Positions 44,635 through 58,830 of a stretch of DNA of 64,000 bases are shown piece after piece. How positions within the stretch are numbered: position 1 is the first letter of the stretch; every line of letters begins with the position of its first letter. Below the pieces are notes generated by a model. The model was not told the origin of the DNA. It was given only the letters and a program-made list of their open reading frames with translations, and ran no database searches. This DNA is from Eledone cirrhosa (lineage: Eukaryota): the NCBI GenBank assembly GCA_964016885.1, contig CAXHJY010001451.1, positions 62,001 through 126,000 of the forward strand, read 5' to 3'. A program made the position numbers and the translations under genes.

Positions 44635-46630
44635 CCCTTTAACATTTACATTACTCTATATATACTATTGTATTGTCACAGTAAAGGCTTTACCTCACAT
44701 AATATCTCACATAACATTTACATTACTCTATATATACTATTGTATTGTCACAGTAAAGGCTTTACCTCACATAATATCTCACATAACATTTACATTACTC
44801 TATATATACTATTGTATTGTCACAGTAAAGGCTTTACCTCACATAATATCTCACATAACATTTACATTACTCTATATATACTATTGTATTGTCACAGTAA
44901 AGGCTTTACCTCACATAATACCTCACATAACATTTACATTACTCTATATATACTATTGTATTGTCACAGTAAAGGCTTTACCTCACATAATATCTCACAT
45001 GACATTTACATTACTCTATATATACTATTGTATTGTCACAGTAAAGGCTTTACCTCACATAATATCTCACATAACATTTACATTACTCTATATATACTAT
45101 TGTATTGTCACAGTAAAGGCTTTACCTCACATAATATCTCACATAACATTTACATTACTCTATATATACTATTGTATTTTCACAGTAAAGGCTTTACCTC
45201 ACATAATATCTCACATAACATTTACATTACTCTATATATACTATTGTATTGTCACAGTAAAGGCTTTACTTCACATAATATCTCACATAACATTTACATT
45301 ACTCTATATATACTATTGTATTGTCACAGTAAAGGCTTTACCTCACATAATATCTCACATAACATTTACATTACTCTATATATACTATTGTATTTTCACA
45401 GTAAAGGCTTTACCTCACATAATATCTCACATAACATTTACATTACTCTATATATACTATTGTATTTTCACAGTAAAGGCTTTACCTCACATAATATCTC
45501 ACATAACATTTACATTACTCTATATATACTATTGTATTGTCACAGTAAAGGCTTTACCTCACATATCTCACATAACATTTACATTACTCTATATATACTA
45601 TTGTATTGTCACAGTAAAGGCTTTACCTCACATAATATCTCACATAACATTTACATTACTCTATTTATACTATTGTATTTTCACAGTAAAGGCTTTACCT
45701 CACATAATATCTCACATAACATTTACATTACTCTATATATACTATTGTATTGTCACAGTAAAGGCTTTACCTCACATAATATCTCACATAACATTTACAT
45801 TACTCTATATATACTATTGTATTGTCACAGTAAAGGCTTTACCTCACATAATATCTCACATAACATTTACATTACTCTATATATACTATTGTATTGTCAC
45901 AGTAAAGGCTTTACCTCACATAATATCTCACATAACATTTACATTACTCTATATATACTATTGTATTGTCACAGTAAAGGCTTTACCTCACATAATATCT
46001 CACATAACATTTACATTACTCTATATATACTATTGTATTGTCACAGTAAAGGCTTTACCTCGCATAATATCTCACATAACATTACTCTATATATACTATT
46101 GTATTGTCACAGTAAAGGCTTTACCTCACATAATATCTCACATAACATTTACATTACTCTATATATACTATTGTATTGTCACAGTAAAGGCTTTACTTCA
46201 CATAATATCTCACATAACATTTACATTACTCTATATATACTATTGTATTGTCACAGTAAAGGCTTTACCTCACATAATATCTCACATAACATTTACATTA
46301 CTCTATATATACTATTGTATTGTCACAGTAAAGGCTGTACCTCACATAATATCTCACATAACATTTACATTACTCTATATATACTATTGTATTGTCACAG
46401 TAAAGGCTTTACTTCACATAATATCTCACATAACATTTACATTACTCTATATATACTATTGTATTTTCACAGTAAAGGCTTTACCTCACATAATATCGAA
46501 TCTATGAGATTTTGATATTTGTTTTGAGGACAATACCTTAACATCAGTATGAGTGGCTGGTTATGGCCGGTTTGAACAGAAAGAGGTGAGAGACTTCTGG
46601 CCAGATATGACTGGTTTAAATGGTAAAGGG
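44635..46630 (+). mobile_element. piggyBac-like MITE carrying an internal 72-bp minisatellite (~26 copies)
   Basis: TTAA-ccctttaacattta ... taaatggtaaaggg-TTAA; TTAA at 44631-44634 and 46631-46634. Confidence 0.8.
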
Positions 46631-46944
46631 TTAAAGTAGCAGAAAAAACCAGGAGCTTCTATAAAATCCTGGAATTACAGTGAAATCATTGTCACTGCCC
46701 TTCCCAACACACACACACACACACACACACATAGAGAGAGAGAGCTATATGCATAAACACACCTTTGCTAGCTTCTGTACGGTCATATACTCACTGAGAC
46801 ACATATCCGGAACTTCAGATGGATAGAAATATGTGTCTGTATAAATATAACACAAGGGAGACAATTCCATATTTGCAATATCATGGTTATCTCCCCTGAA
46901 AATGTATTTTATGGTTAAAATTTATAGAACGTTTTTTTTCTTTC

Positions 46945-47080
46945 TTTTACCGGTTTCGGTTATGAAACTGTGGCCATGCTGGGGCACAGCCTTAAACGGG
47001 ATTTAGTTGGTCATATCATGTACCTCACTACTTACTTATCGATCTCTTTATTGTACCGCTAAGTCACGGAACATGGACTC
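46945..47080. mobile_element. Old SINE-like repeat fragment (related copy ~63465-63630)
   Basis: gtttc..tgtggccatgctggggcacagcctt..accgctaagtcacgg; the 63.5 kb copy shares these blocks. Confidence 0.5.
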
Positions 47081-47124
47081 AGAGGAATACACTTATGTGT
47101 GTGTGAGTCTATATATATATATAT

Positions 47125-48140
47125 AACGAAGGAAATGTGGTAAGGAACCAGGTGGACCATAACGCACCAAAGTACTCAATACTTAGGGTAGTAGAGTGGG
47201 TAATAGGAACGAGTAGGACTCCGACGGCTAATTCTGGACTAAATGAACATTTTTTATCCTGGTGTATGAATAGCCGAGCTTCTCAGGGGGTAATTCCATA
47301 TATGGTAAAAGTGATTGTCACAAGGATTGGTCAAAAGTTTGTTGTTGAGACACATAATTCTATCATGGCAATTTGTGGAAGGAAGGGGTAGCTGAACTTG
47401 CCAGTAGAAGAAAGAGGGAGAGGGGATGGAGGAAACCCAGTCGTGCGTTGATAGTGCAAACTACAGCAGGGCAGGAGGTCAAGCAAGTATACTAGGGAGG
47501 GGGGGGGGCAGTCGAAACAATAAGTAAATCAATATGGAGTAAATATATAGAATACCAAGAATGTTAAAAATATAAAAAAGCAATTTCTGGTTACTATTCC
47601 CTAACGACAGTCATCAAGTCTCTCGCTGGTACTGCTAGACTATAGAAAAGTTTACTAGGTGGGACGAAACAAAAAAATAAATACTGATATACGAGAAATT
47701 AAAGCAGAGAAACCACTAAGAAATGTAGAAAGCACGGAAATGGGGCAGCCATCGGATAAGAAAGCAAGTATCTGGGGTCTATCACATCTGCTATAAAAAG
47801 TGGAGTCGGCCAATTCTATCATAGAATAGGGGGTGGGGGTGGGGGCTACTGAGACTGCAAAGGACCGAGGGGCTGCCTCGGGTGGGCGAGAAAATGAAAA
47901 GGACGACGACAAAGAAGGGGGACTGGGGAGGAAGGACTAGGGGGGGGGGGGGAAGGAAATATAGAGGAAACGATAAAAAGATATAAAAGAAGATCTTACG
48001 TCTACCTTTGCGAGCAGGGGTTACCCATTACAAAGTCGGCAAGTGGGGTGTTGCAGCCTTTGTCTATTTTCATTTACTCTAGAATTAGCCGTCGAAACGG
48101 CTTGAGCTCAGCCGTCGGGGTCCTACTCGTTCCTATACAT
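47125..48140. mobile_element. Penelope-like fragment bounded by inverted terminal pieces
   Basis: Minus-orientation terminal piece at 47125-47240 and plus-orientation piece at 48070-48140 with a hammerhead 3' half; (TA)n flanks. Confidence 0.5.
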
Positions 48141-48199
48141 ATATATATATGTGTGTGTGTGTGTGTGCAGGAATTGCTTGTTGAGGGTATGTTACAGGT

Positions 48200-49366
48200 C
48201 TGTGTGACTAGCCGTAGCCTAAGTCTGTATCTGACAAGCGATACAGGACTTCCTGTATTTGGGAGCAAAGATTGGGAATACGGAAGATGATGTGGTTGAG
48301 AGGAAGAGCAAAGCCTGGGCGGCGTGCCACAGCTTGAGATCGGTGTGGAAGTCGGACCTTCGTAAAGACCTGAAAATCCGCCTCTTCATTGCTGTAGTGG
48401 AGTCTGTGCTGCTGTACGGGTCTGAGACTTGGACACTGACCAAGAAACTCACTCAGATGGTGGATGGGTGCTACACGAGAATGCTGAGGATGGCTCTGAA
48501 CATTAATCAGTATACACTGAGGATGAAGAACTCATAGCTGTATGGGAGCCTCCCAAAAGTCAGCTCAAAGGTGACACAGAGGAGATTGAGGTTAGCTGGA
48601 CATGCTCACCGACATCCAGAGTTGACACTGCACTCAGTGCTCCTGTGGGAGCCCCTACATGGACACACTGGAAGAGGAAGACTGAGGTTAGCTGGACATG
48701 CTCACCGACATCCAGAGTTGACACTGCACTCAGTGCTCCTGTGGGGAGCCCCTGCATGGACACACTGGAAGAGGGAGACTGAGGTTAGCTGGACATGCTC
48801 ACCGACATCCAGAGTTGACACTGCACTCAGTGCTCCTGTGGGAGCCCCTGCATGGACACACTGGAAGAGGGAGACTGAGGTTAGCTGGACATGCTCACCG
48901 ACATCCAGAGTTGACACTGCACTCAGTGCTCCTGTGGGGAGCCCCTGCATGGACACACTGGAAGAGGGAGACTGAGGTTAGCTGGACATGCTCACCGACA
49001 TCCAGAGTTGACACTGCACTCAGTGCTCCTGTGGGAGCCCCTGCATGGACACACTGGAAGAGGGAGACTGAGGTTAGCTGGACATGCTCACCGACATCCA
49101 GAGTTGACACTGCACTCAGTGCTCCTGTGGGAGCCCCTACATGGACACACTGGAAGAGGGAGACTGAGGTTAGCTGGACATGCTCACCGACATCCAGAGT
49201 TGACACTGCACTCAGTGCTCCTGTGGGAGCCCCTACATGGACACACTGGAAGAGGGAGACTGAGGTTAGCTGGACACGCTCACCGACATCCAGAGTTGAC
49301 ACTGCACTCAGTGCTCCTGTGGGAGCCCCTACATGGACACACTAGAAGAGGGAGACCGAGGATATG

Positions 49367-49426
<60 letters not shown>

Positions 49427-49625
49427 TATACACAGCTCAAAAGTAACACAGGGGAGACTGAAGTTAGCTGGATATACTCACAGACATCTAGAGTTGACAC
49501 TGCACTCAGTGCTCCTGGGTGAGCCCCTACACAGACACACTAGAAGAGGGATACCAAGGTTGAACTATATGGATGCCCTAAAGAGAGACACAGGTCTCTG
49601 GAAGCGATGATTAAGGACAGAGATC
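48200..49625 (+). mobile_element. Degenerate RTE-like LINE fragment with internal 96-bp minisatellite (~8 copies, 48583-49360)
   Basis: YLGAKIGNTEDDV..KAWAAC..LKIRLFIAVVESVLLYGSETWTL..DGCYTRMLR; unit RLRLAGHAHRHPELTLHSVLLWEPLHGHTGRG; resumes RGIPRLNYMDALKRDTG after (TA)n. Confidence 0.88.
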
Positions 49626-49655
49626 TCGTCCATGGATCTCGGGAATTTTACCCGT

Positions 49656-49694
<39 letters not shown>

Positions 49695-49708
<14 letters not shown>

Positions 49709-50340
49709 TCAGCGAGAGTCTGTGTGTGTGTTTGAATACCTAAAACTCGAGAAGCACCCAACCGACGTTTTTCAAAAACTTTACATGTGTATTACTTATG
49801 TTTCAGGGAGTGTTATGCACATAAAAAAATTCAACTTTTTTTATCCCTAGGGCCCGCATTAGGTGAAAAACGCGGGGTTTTTTCCAGGTTTTTAGGGGTT
49901 TTTGAGGCGTTACGTCAGACTGATTTCCTTGAAATTGTAACTATGTATTAGTCAGTCTCTTCTTCATAGCGTGAGCAAAGAAAATCCAACTTTTTGGGGG
50001 CCTAGGGCCCGCATTAGGTGAAAAACACTTCATTTTTTTAACTTTTTAGGGCTTTTTTGAGGCGTTACCTCTAGCCGATTTTCCCGAAATATCAAGGCAT
50101 ATTACGCACATAAAAAAAATTCGTTTTCTCCGTCGAACCTGCAGATCCAGACTCAGACAGATCCACACACTGCTCGCGTCTCGAGGTGTCCACCAGGGAA
50201 ACAATTGTAACTCAACACACAATAAATTGAGTTCAGATGCATCACTGATTTTTCGTTTTAAATTATATCATACTCTGCTCTGTAAGAGCATAGAGTGCTC
50301 AACCGGCATACTACTTATGGAAGCATCTTAGCTACCATCA
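49695..50340 (+). mobile_element. Possible non-autonomous Helitron/Helentron-like element with ~154-bp internal repeats
   Basis: tatataaaaattc..gtctgtgtgtgtgtttg..aaactcgagaagcacccaaccga..aaactt 5' pattern; ctagggcccgcattaggtgaaaaa twice; no clear 3' end. Confidence 0.4.
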
Positions 50341-50341
50341 G

Positions 50342-50411
<70 letters not shown>

Positions 50412-50654
50412 ATATGGGTGAGAAGAATACTGCTGGTTGCACATGGATAACATGTTATAAAATGAGTCCCTCATCAGTGATTTACCAACGATCATGGGTA
50501 TTTCATCGCATTAAAAATCATATACCTCACGTTGGAGCGATAATAACTAAAATAAGTTATTAGGACAATAGAAACGCGTAAAGCGAGTGAGACAAGTAAA
50601 CAACACAGGGGGAAGCTAAGATTCCTCTCAACGCAGCACAACATTCTCTTTTTT

Positions 50655-50696
<42 letters not shown>

Positions 50697-50703
<7 letters not shown>

Positions 50704-50786
50704 CGAGCATTATAATAAATGTTCGGTGAATCCATACGTACATATATATATGTGTGCATGTATGTATATATATATATATATGCATG

Positions 50787-50839
<53 letters not shown>

Positions 50840-50896
50840 CGAGCATTATAATAAATGTTCGGTGAATCCATACGTATATATATATATGTGTGCATG

Positions 50897-50943
<47 letters not shown>

Positions 50944-51000
50944 CGAGCATTATAATAAATGTTCGGTGAATCCATACGTACATATATATATGTGTGCATG

Positions 51001-51043
<43 letters not shown>

Positions 51044-51100
51044 CGAGCATTATAATAAATGTTCGGTGAATCCATACGTACATATATATATGTGTGCATG

Positions 51101-51141
<41 letters not shown>

Positions 51142-51198
51142 CGAGCATTATAATAAATGTTCGGTGAATCCATACGTACATATATATATGTGTGCATG

Positions 51199-51241
<43 letters not shown>

Positions 51242-51296
51242 CGAGCATTATAATAAATGTTCGGTGAATCCATACGTACATATATATATGTGCTTG

Positions 51297-51339
<43 letters not shown>

Positions 51340-51486
51340 CGAGCATTATAATAAATGTTCGGTGAATCCATACGTACATATATATATGTGTGCATGTATG
51401 TATATATATATATATATATACACACACCGAGCATTATAATAAATGTTCGGTGAATCCATACGTACATATATATATATGTGTGCATG

Positions 51487-51527
<41 letters not shown>

Positions 51528-51584
51528 CGAGCATTATAATAAATGTTCGGTGAATCCATACGTACATATATATATGTGTGCATG

Positions 51585-51635
<51 letters not shown>

Positions 51636-51688
51636 CGAGCATTATAATAAATGTTCGGTGAATCCATACGTACATATATGTGTGCATG

Positions 51689-51727
<39 letters not shown>

Positions 51728-51788
51728 CGAGCATTATAATAAATGTTCGGTGAATCCATACGTACATATATATATGTGTTCATGTATG

Positions 51789-51819
<31 letters not shown>

Positions 51820-51874
51820 CGAGCATTATAATAAATGTTCGGTGAATCCATACGTACATATATATATGTGCATG

Positions 51875-51919
<45 letters not shown>

Positions 51920-51980
51920 CGAGCATTATAATAAATGTTCGGTGAATCCATACGTACATATATATATGTGTGTATGTATG

Positions 51981-52011
<31 letters not shown>

Positions 52012-52158
52012 CGAGCATTATAATAAATGTTCGGTGAATCCATACGTACATATATATATATGTGTGCATGTATGTATATATATATATATATATATACACA
52101 CCGAGCATTATAATAAATGTTCGGTGAATCCATACGTACATATATATATGTGTGCATG

Positions 52159-52203
<45 letters not shown>

Positions 52204-52260
52204 CGAGCATTATAATAAATGTTCGGTGAATCCATACGTACATATATGTATGTGTGCATG

Positions 52261-52299
<39 letters not shown>

Positions 52300-52436
52300 C
52301 GAGCATTATAATAAATGTTCGGTGAATCCATACGTACATATATATATGTGTGCATGTATGTATATATATATACACACACCGAGCATTATAATAAATGTTC
52401 GGTGAATCCATACGTACATATATATATGTGTGCATG

Positions 52437-52489
<53 letters not shown>

Positions 52490-52546
52490 CGAGCATTATA
52501 ATAAATGTTCGGTGAATCCATACGTACATATATATATGTGTGCATG

Positions 52547-52591
<45 letters not shown>

Positions 52592-52648
52592 CGAGCATTA
52601 TAATAAATGTTCGGTGAATCCATACGTACATATATATATGTGTGCATG

Positions 52649-52701
<53 letters not shown>

Positions 52702-52758
52702 CGAGCATTATAATAAATGTTCGGTGAATCCATACGTACATATATATATGTGTGCATG

Positions 52759-52809
<51 letters not shown>

Positions 52810-52866
52810 CGAGCATTATAATAAATGTTCGGTGAATCCATACGTACATATATATATGTGTGCATG

Positions 52867-52905
<39 letters not shown>

Positions 52906-52962
52906 CGAGCATTATAATAAATGTTCGGTGAATCCATACGTACATATATATATGTGTGCATG

Positions 52963-53005
<43 letters not shown>

Positions 53006-53066
53006 CGAGCATTATAATAAATGTTCGGTGAATCCATACGTACATATATATATGTGTGCATGTATG

Positions 53067-53113
<47 letters not shown>

Positions 53114-53170
53114 CGAGCATTATAATAAATGTTCGGTGAATCCATACGTACATATATATATGTGTGCATG

Positions 53171-53209
<39 letters not shown>

Positions 53210-53266
53210 CGAGCATTATAATAAATGTTCGGTGAATCCATACGTACATATATATATGTGTGCATG

Positions 53267-53311
<45 letters not shown>

Positions 53312-53375
53312 TACACACCGAGCATTATAATAAATGTTCGGTGAATCCATACGTACATATATATATGTGTGCATG

Positions 53376-53420
<45 letters not shown>

Positions 53421-53477
53421 CGAGCATTATAATAAATGTTCGGTGAATCCATACGTACATATATATATGTGTGCATG

Positions 53478-53514
<37 letters not shown>

Positions 53515-53661
53515 CGAGCATTATAATAAATGTTCGGTGAATCCATACGTACATATATATATGTGTGCATGTATGTATATATATATATATATATATATAC
53601 ACACCGAGCATTATAATAAATGTTCGGTGAATCCATACGTACATATATATATGTGTGCATG

Positions 53662-53708
<47 letters not shown>

Positions 53709-53765
53709 CGAGCATTATAATAAATGTTCGGTGAATCCATACGTACATATATATATGTGTGCATG

Positions 53766-53804
<39 letters not shown>

Positions 53805-53861
53805 CGAGCATTATAATAAATGTTCGGTGAATCCATACGTACATATATATATGTGTGCATG

Positions 53862-53902
<41 letters not shown>

Positions 53903-53959
53903 CGAGCATTATAATAAATGTTCGGTGAATCCATACGTACATATATATATGTGTGCATG

Positions 53960-53998
<39 letters not shown>

Positions 53999-54055
53999 CG
54001 AGCATTATAATAAATGTTCGGTGAATCCATACGTACATATATATATGTGTGCATG

Positions 54056-54112
<57 letters not shown>

Positions 54113-54173
54113 CGAGCATTATAATAAATGTTCGGTGAATCCATACGTACATATATATATGTGTGCATGTATG

Positions 54174-54206
<33 letters not shown>

Positions 54207-54263
54207 CGAGCATTATAATAAATGTTCGGTGAATCCATACGTACATATATATATGTGTGCATG

Positions 54264-54306
<43 letters not shown>

Positions 54307-54385
54307 CGAGCATTATAATAAATGTTCGGTGAATCCATACGTACATATATATATGTGTGCATGTATGTATATGTATATATATATA
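50697..54385. repeat. ~100-bp composite satellite (~37 copies): constant hairpin-containing core plus variable (TA)n
   Basis: caccgagcatt-ataata-aatgttcggtg-aatccatacgtac...gcatgtatg(TA)n; a further copy lies at 54727-54810. Confidence 0.93.
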
Positions 54386-54919
54386 CATACTACTGTACGT
54401 CTGTATACATATATGTATGTACGTGTACATACTTATATTTAAGTAACAGCCGTACTAAGAGTGGGAAATGAAATTTCGTTTCATTTTTTCCGTTTATCGT
54501 TTTCGGTGCACCCGGACGATTAACCCACTCGATATGCAAATTGGGCTACTCAGCCGTTAATATGCATAAGGTAAGTATATACGTTCAACAATCTGGCAGG
54601 AAGGTATACGTTGCTGACGATAGCTAATAAGCTTGAAACTAGTACAGCGTTCCTTTGTCAGTGTTGAACAAAAGAGCAACGGTGGTTGCTAGACACTACG
54701 GCTTCATGCGGGATGTTTGTTTACAAACACACCGAGCATTATAATAAATGTTCGGTGAATCCATACGTACATATATATATGTGTGCATGTATATATATAT
54801 ATATATATATATACATACTACTGTACGTCTGTATACATATATGTATGTACGTGTACATACTTATATTTAAGTAACAGCTGTACTAAGAGTGGGAAATGAA
54901 ATTTCGTTTCATTTTTTCC

Positions 54920-54964
<45 letters not shown>

Positions 54965-54993
54965 ATCAAAAGATGGTTAAAAGAGTTCCATGT

Positions 54994-55062
54994 ATTTTAT
55001 TATGCGCATTTCAAAAACAAATATCATCATGCAATAACATTTGCGTTTTCGTCAGCTAAAAT
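54994..55062 (-). ncRNA. Type I hammerhead motif (family A, CUGACGA variant) in a longer Penelope-like fragment 54960-55770
   Basis: attttag-CTGACGA-aaacgcaaatgttatt..gatgatatttgttttt-GAAA-tgcgca-TA-ataaaat. Confidence 0.68.
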
Positions 55063-55943
55063 AGGGAGACATGATATGAAGGTTAAAAAACACTTGTGGA
55101 TAGTGAAGTTTTAAATCAACATATGAAAAGTAGTTTTAGATTGATGTGTGATATTGGGGAAAAAATTGAGAGGAGGGGGGTGGGGTGGAAAGGATGAAAA
55201 AGAGGAGGAGGAGATGAGAGTAAAGAATGGAGGGGAGGAGTATAATAAGGAAGGATGAGATAGGAGGAGAGATGGGTGATAGAAAGAGAGAGAGAGATAG
55301 CTTTTATAACTGAGAAAAATATATTGTTTTACATAGAGAGGTTAAAAAACCGTTGGAAGATCATATATAAATTAAATTGTTATACTTTGGGAGGGTCATG
55401 TTGCCAATAAGAAACACACGCACCAGTTGCTTTCACTTATAAATTAAAAGAATTTGAAAATTAACGAAGAGAAAAATTTTAGAATAATGTTAAATTAACG
55501 TTTGTATATTGAAGGGTTTAATAATATGTGCGATGGAAAGAAATTGTTGATATGTATTATTAAAAAATATAAAAATATAACAATAGTAATGTAATTAAGG
55601 ATATATTTTGAAAAGAAGTAGAAGAGTGGATGAATAAGTGTAATAAAACTCTTTTAACCATCTTTTGATCTTATATATTATTTATACTCCAGTCCTACAA
55701 ACTGTAGAGTGCTACTTATCCGATATCTGCATTGCTTTATTGTACTACAATAAAACTCACCTCCTACATTATATATATATATAGAATTAATAAATCAGTA
55801 CTCCAATGTTACTAGGTAGTCTCATTGGATGGAGTCAACCGACGTCGGAGATTGCTCAACGTATAATAAAATATGCTTTAAAATCCGGAGAAAATATGAA
55901 GAAGAAGTTTATGAAACGGAAATGCGGGTATAAAGAATTTATT

Positions 55944-56060
55944 AGGTAACAATTGTTTCTATAGTGTGTGGATTACCTATACCTCGCTATTTGTATAATA
56001 TAAAAATATTATCATAAATCGTAGGTACACTGTAAGAGAACACACCATGTCGTCAGACCT
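55944..56060 (-). ncRNA. Hammerhead-like motif (family C, long stem II), left arm of the palindrome
   Basis: Mirror of 56726-56841. Confidence 0.5.
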
Positions 56061-56725
56061 TTGTGGTAGAATAAAGGTCTGACGACATGGTGTGTTCTCT
56101 TACAGTGTACCTACGATTTACACTGTAAGAGAACACACCATGTCGTCAGACCTTTGTGGTAGAATAAAGGTCTGACGACATGGTGAGTTCTCTTACAGTG
56201 TACCTACGATTTACACTGTAAGAGAACTCACCATGTCGTCAGACCTTTATGGTAGAATAAAGGTCTGACGACATGGTGTGTTCTCTTACAGTGTACCTAC
56301 GATTTACACTGTAAGAGAACTCACCATGTCGTCAGACCTTTATGGTAGAATAAAGGTCTGACGACATGGTGTGTTCTCTTACAGTGTACCTACGATTTAC
56401 ACTGTAAGAGAACTCACCATGTCGTCAGACCTTTATGGTAGAATAAAGGTCTGACGACATGGTGTTTTCTCTTACAGTGTAAATCGTAAGTACGCTGTAA
56501 GAGAAAACACCATGTCGTCAGACCTTTATTCTACCATAAAGGTCTGACGACATGGTGAGTTCTCTTACAGTGTAAATCGTAGGTACACTGTAAGAGAACA
56601 CACCATGTCGTCAGACCTTTATTCTACCATAAAGGTCTGACGACATGGTGAGTTCTCTTACAGTGTAAATCGTAGGTACACTGTAAGAGAACACACCATG
56701 TCGTCAGACCTTTATGGTAGAATAA

Positions 56726-56841
56726 AGGTCTGACGACATGGTGTGTTTTCTTACAGTTTTCTACGATTTATGATAATATTTTTATATTATACAAATAGCG
56801 AGGTATAGGTAATCCACACACTATAGAAACAATTGTTACCT
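56726..56841 (+). ncRNA. Hammerhead-like motif (family C, long stem II)
   Basis: aggt-CTGACGA-catggtgtg...cacactata-GAAA-caattg-TT-acct-AATAAA; C-A mismatch at the base of stem II. Confidence 0.55.
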
Positions 56842-56884
56842 AATAAATTCTTTATACCCGCATTTCCGTTTCATAAACTTCTTC

Positions 56885-56920
<36 letters not shown>

Positions 56921-57409
56921 GAAGAGAGAAGAAACATTTAGATATAATTAGTAATAAAATGTATCATACCTAAACTGCTTCTAGATTCCTCGACTACGTA
57001 GTTTCGTGGCATAAACAAAAACAATACATCATAAAGATATAGAGCATTTGCGAGGTCTGCCGACTTATCAAGAGGATACCTCGTTTTACTAGCCTCAATA
57101 ACGCGTCTATATGATGTGAGAAAGAATCCCAAAAGGCGGAGGGGAGACAGTCACGTGATACAACGGTCAAGAAACAGAGCTAAGCCCCTTATAATCCCGA
57201 AGCCGTATATATATATAGATAGATAGATATATGCGTGTTCCTATACAAAATGAATCAATAAAGAACAAGCTACTTACGGTTGAGAGAGTTTTTGAAGGTA
57301 GACCAGTCTCGGGACCAACAGACTTGGGGCGACAAAAAACTACAAAGAAGAATTTCCAGAGGAATGCTGGGAACCCACGTGACACGATCACGTGAGACGT
57401 GATAGTCCA

Positions 57410-57555
57410 TCGCAGGGTTAAATCCCCCAGATATTACTGGTACCCATTTTCAGCTGAGTTTACTGGAGCAACGTGAAATGAAGTGTTTTGCTCAAGAACA
57501 CAACACGCAACCCAGGAATCGAGCCCAACACCTTTACCACTAGGACACGTGCCTC

Positions 57556-57557
<2 letters not shown>
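57410..57557 (-). mobile_element. tRNA-derived CORE-like SINE 5' part
   Basis: Same family as 44085-44240. Confidence 0.75.
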
Positions 57558-57602
<45 letters not shown>

Positions 57603-57623
57603 ATATGTATGTATATATATATA

Positions 57624-57654
<31 letters not shown>

Positions 57655-57797
57655 GTGTGTGTGTGTATATATATGTGTGTGTGTATATATATATATATAT
57701 GTGTGTGTGTGTATATATATATATATGTGTGTGTGTATATATATATATATGTGTGTGTGTATATATATATATATGTGTGTGTGTATATATATATATA

Positions 57798-57842
<45 letters not shown>

Positions 57843-57945
57843 ATATATATATATATGTGTGTGTGTATATATATATATGTGTGTGTGTGTATATATATAT
57901 ATGTGTGTGTGTATATATATATATGTGTGTGTGTATATATATATA

Positions 57946-57994
<49 letters not shown>

Positions 57995-58073
57995 GTGTGT
58001 ATATATATATATATATGTATATATATGTGTGTATATATATATATATGTATATATATGTGTGTATATATATACA

Positions 58074-58105
<32 letters not shown>

Positions 58106-58188
58106 CGTATATATATATATGTGTGTGTGTATATATATATATATACGTATATATATATGTGTGTGTATATATATATATATGTATATGC

Positions 58189-58225
<37 letters not shown>

Positions 58226-58245
58226 AACAATCCAATAGTCACGTG

Positions 58246-58282
<37 letters not shown>
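57557..58282. repeat. (TG)n/(TA)n microsatellite
   Basis: Directly visible. Confidence 0.92.
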
Positions 58283-58287
<5 letters not shown>

Positions 58288-58620
58288 AGAAGTATTAAAC
58301 AGTTGTATTGCATCGCAGACGACAGAACATCCGAACCGTACAAAATGGAGTCGGCAGCAGCGAGGTTATTTTCTCTGTACAGAAATGGCAAACAAGGGCA
58401 GCGTGTCCCTTGTTTGGAAGACAACAGCGGCGACAGCCGAAGGTCTCCAGCCCCTAAACCGACGCTAGAAAACCTCGAAATTGCAGAGGAACCGAAAAAA
58501 ACAAGAAAACGTTCGAAATACCGGAAGTACTTCAGGTTTTATCGCTTCCGGCGCCATCGTCGCAGCTCTTCGCCGTCAGACGTCGTTTTAATAAAACCGT
58601 GATGGAAGCCATCTTGTTAA
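58230..58620. promoter_or_regulatory. Candidate housekeeping-type promoter
   Basis: CpG-rich unique DNA with CCAAT plus GTCACGTG (58232-58245), ETS ACCGGAAGT (58520) and CTTCCGG (58545), and YY1-like CGCCAT/GCCATCTT (58552, 58608). Confidence 0.4.
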
Positions 58621-58830
58621 ATCTGTCTTCTGTTTAATAATAGCACAAACGGTGGCTTGGCAGAATTGTTAAAACAAAATGGAGTGTTGCTTCAGTTTTA
58701 ATGGATTTTATGACTACACCGTATCCCTGGCACCCGTACGTATGTCAACACGGCGCCCCTACCACTCTGTCAGGAGTTACGGGGCCATGCTGGGGCCTTT
58801 CCCTTCTTCTGATTACAGAAAATATATATA

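Larger units (their letters stand above)
55893..56892. repeat. ~1-kb palindrome with ~8 internal 93-bp hairpin units
   Basis: Outer ~135-bp arms are reverse complements; each unit has a 36-38 bp stem and a ggtaga/tctacc loop. Confidence 0.92.

Noticed and set aside
44618-46515. 615-629 aa repeat ORFs (also 16414-17852)
   Set aside because: A 72-bp unit inside a MITE; no splice signals or protein-like features.
50697-54385. CRISPR-like palindromic repeat array, or hammerhead array
   Set aside because: Spacers are only (TA)n; the hairpin is followed by GAAT and has no CUGANGA upstream.
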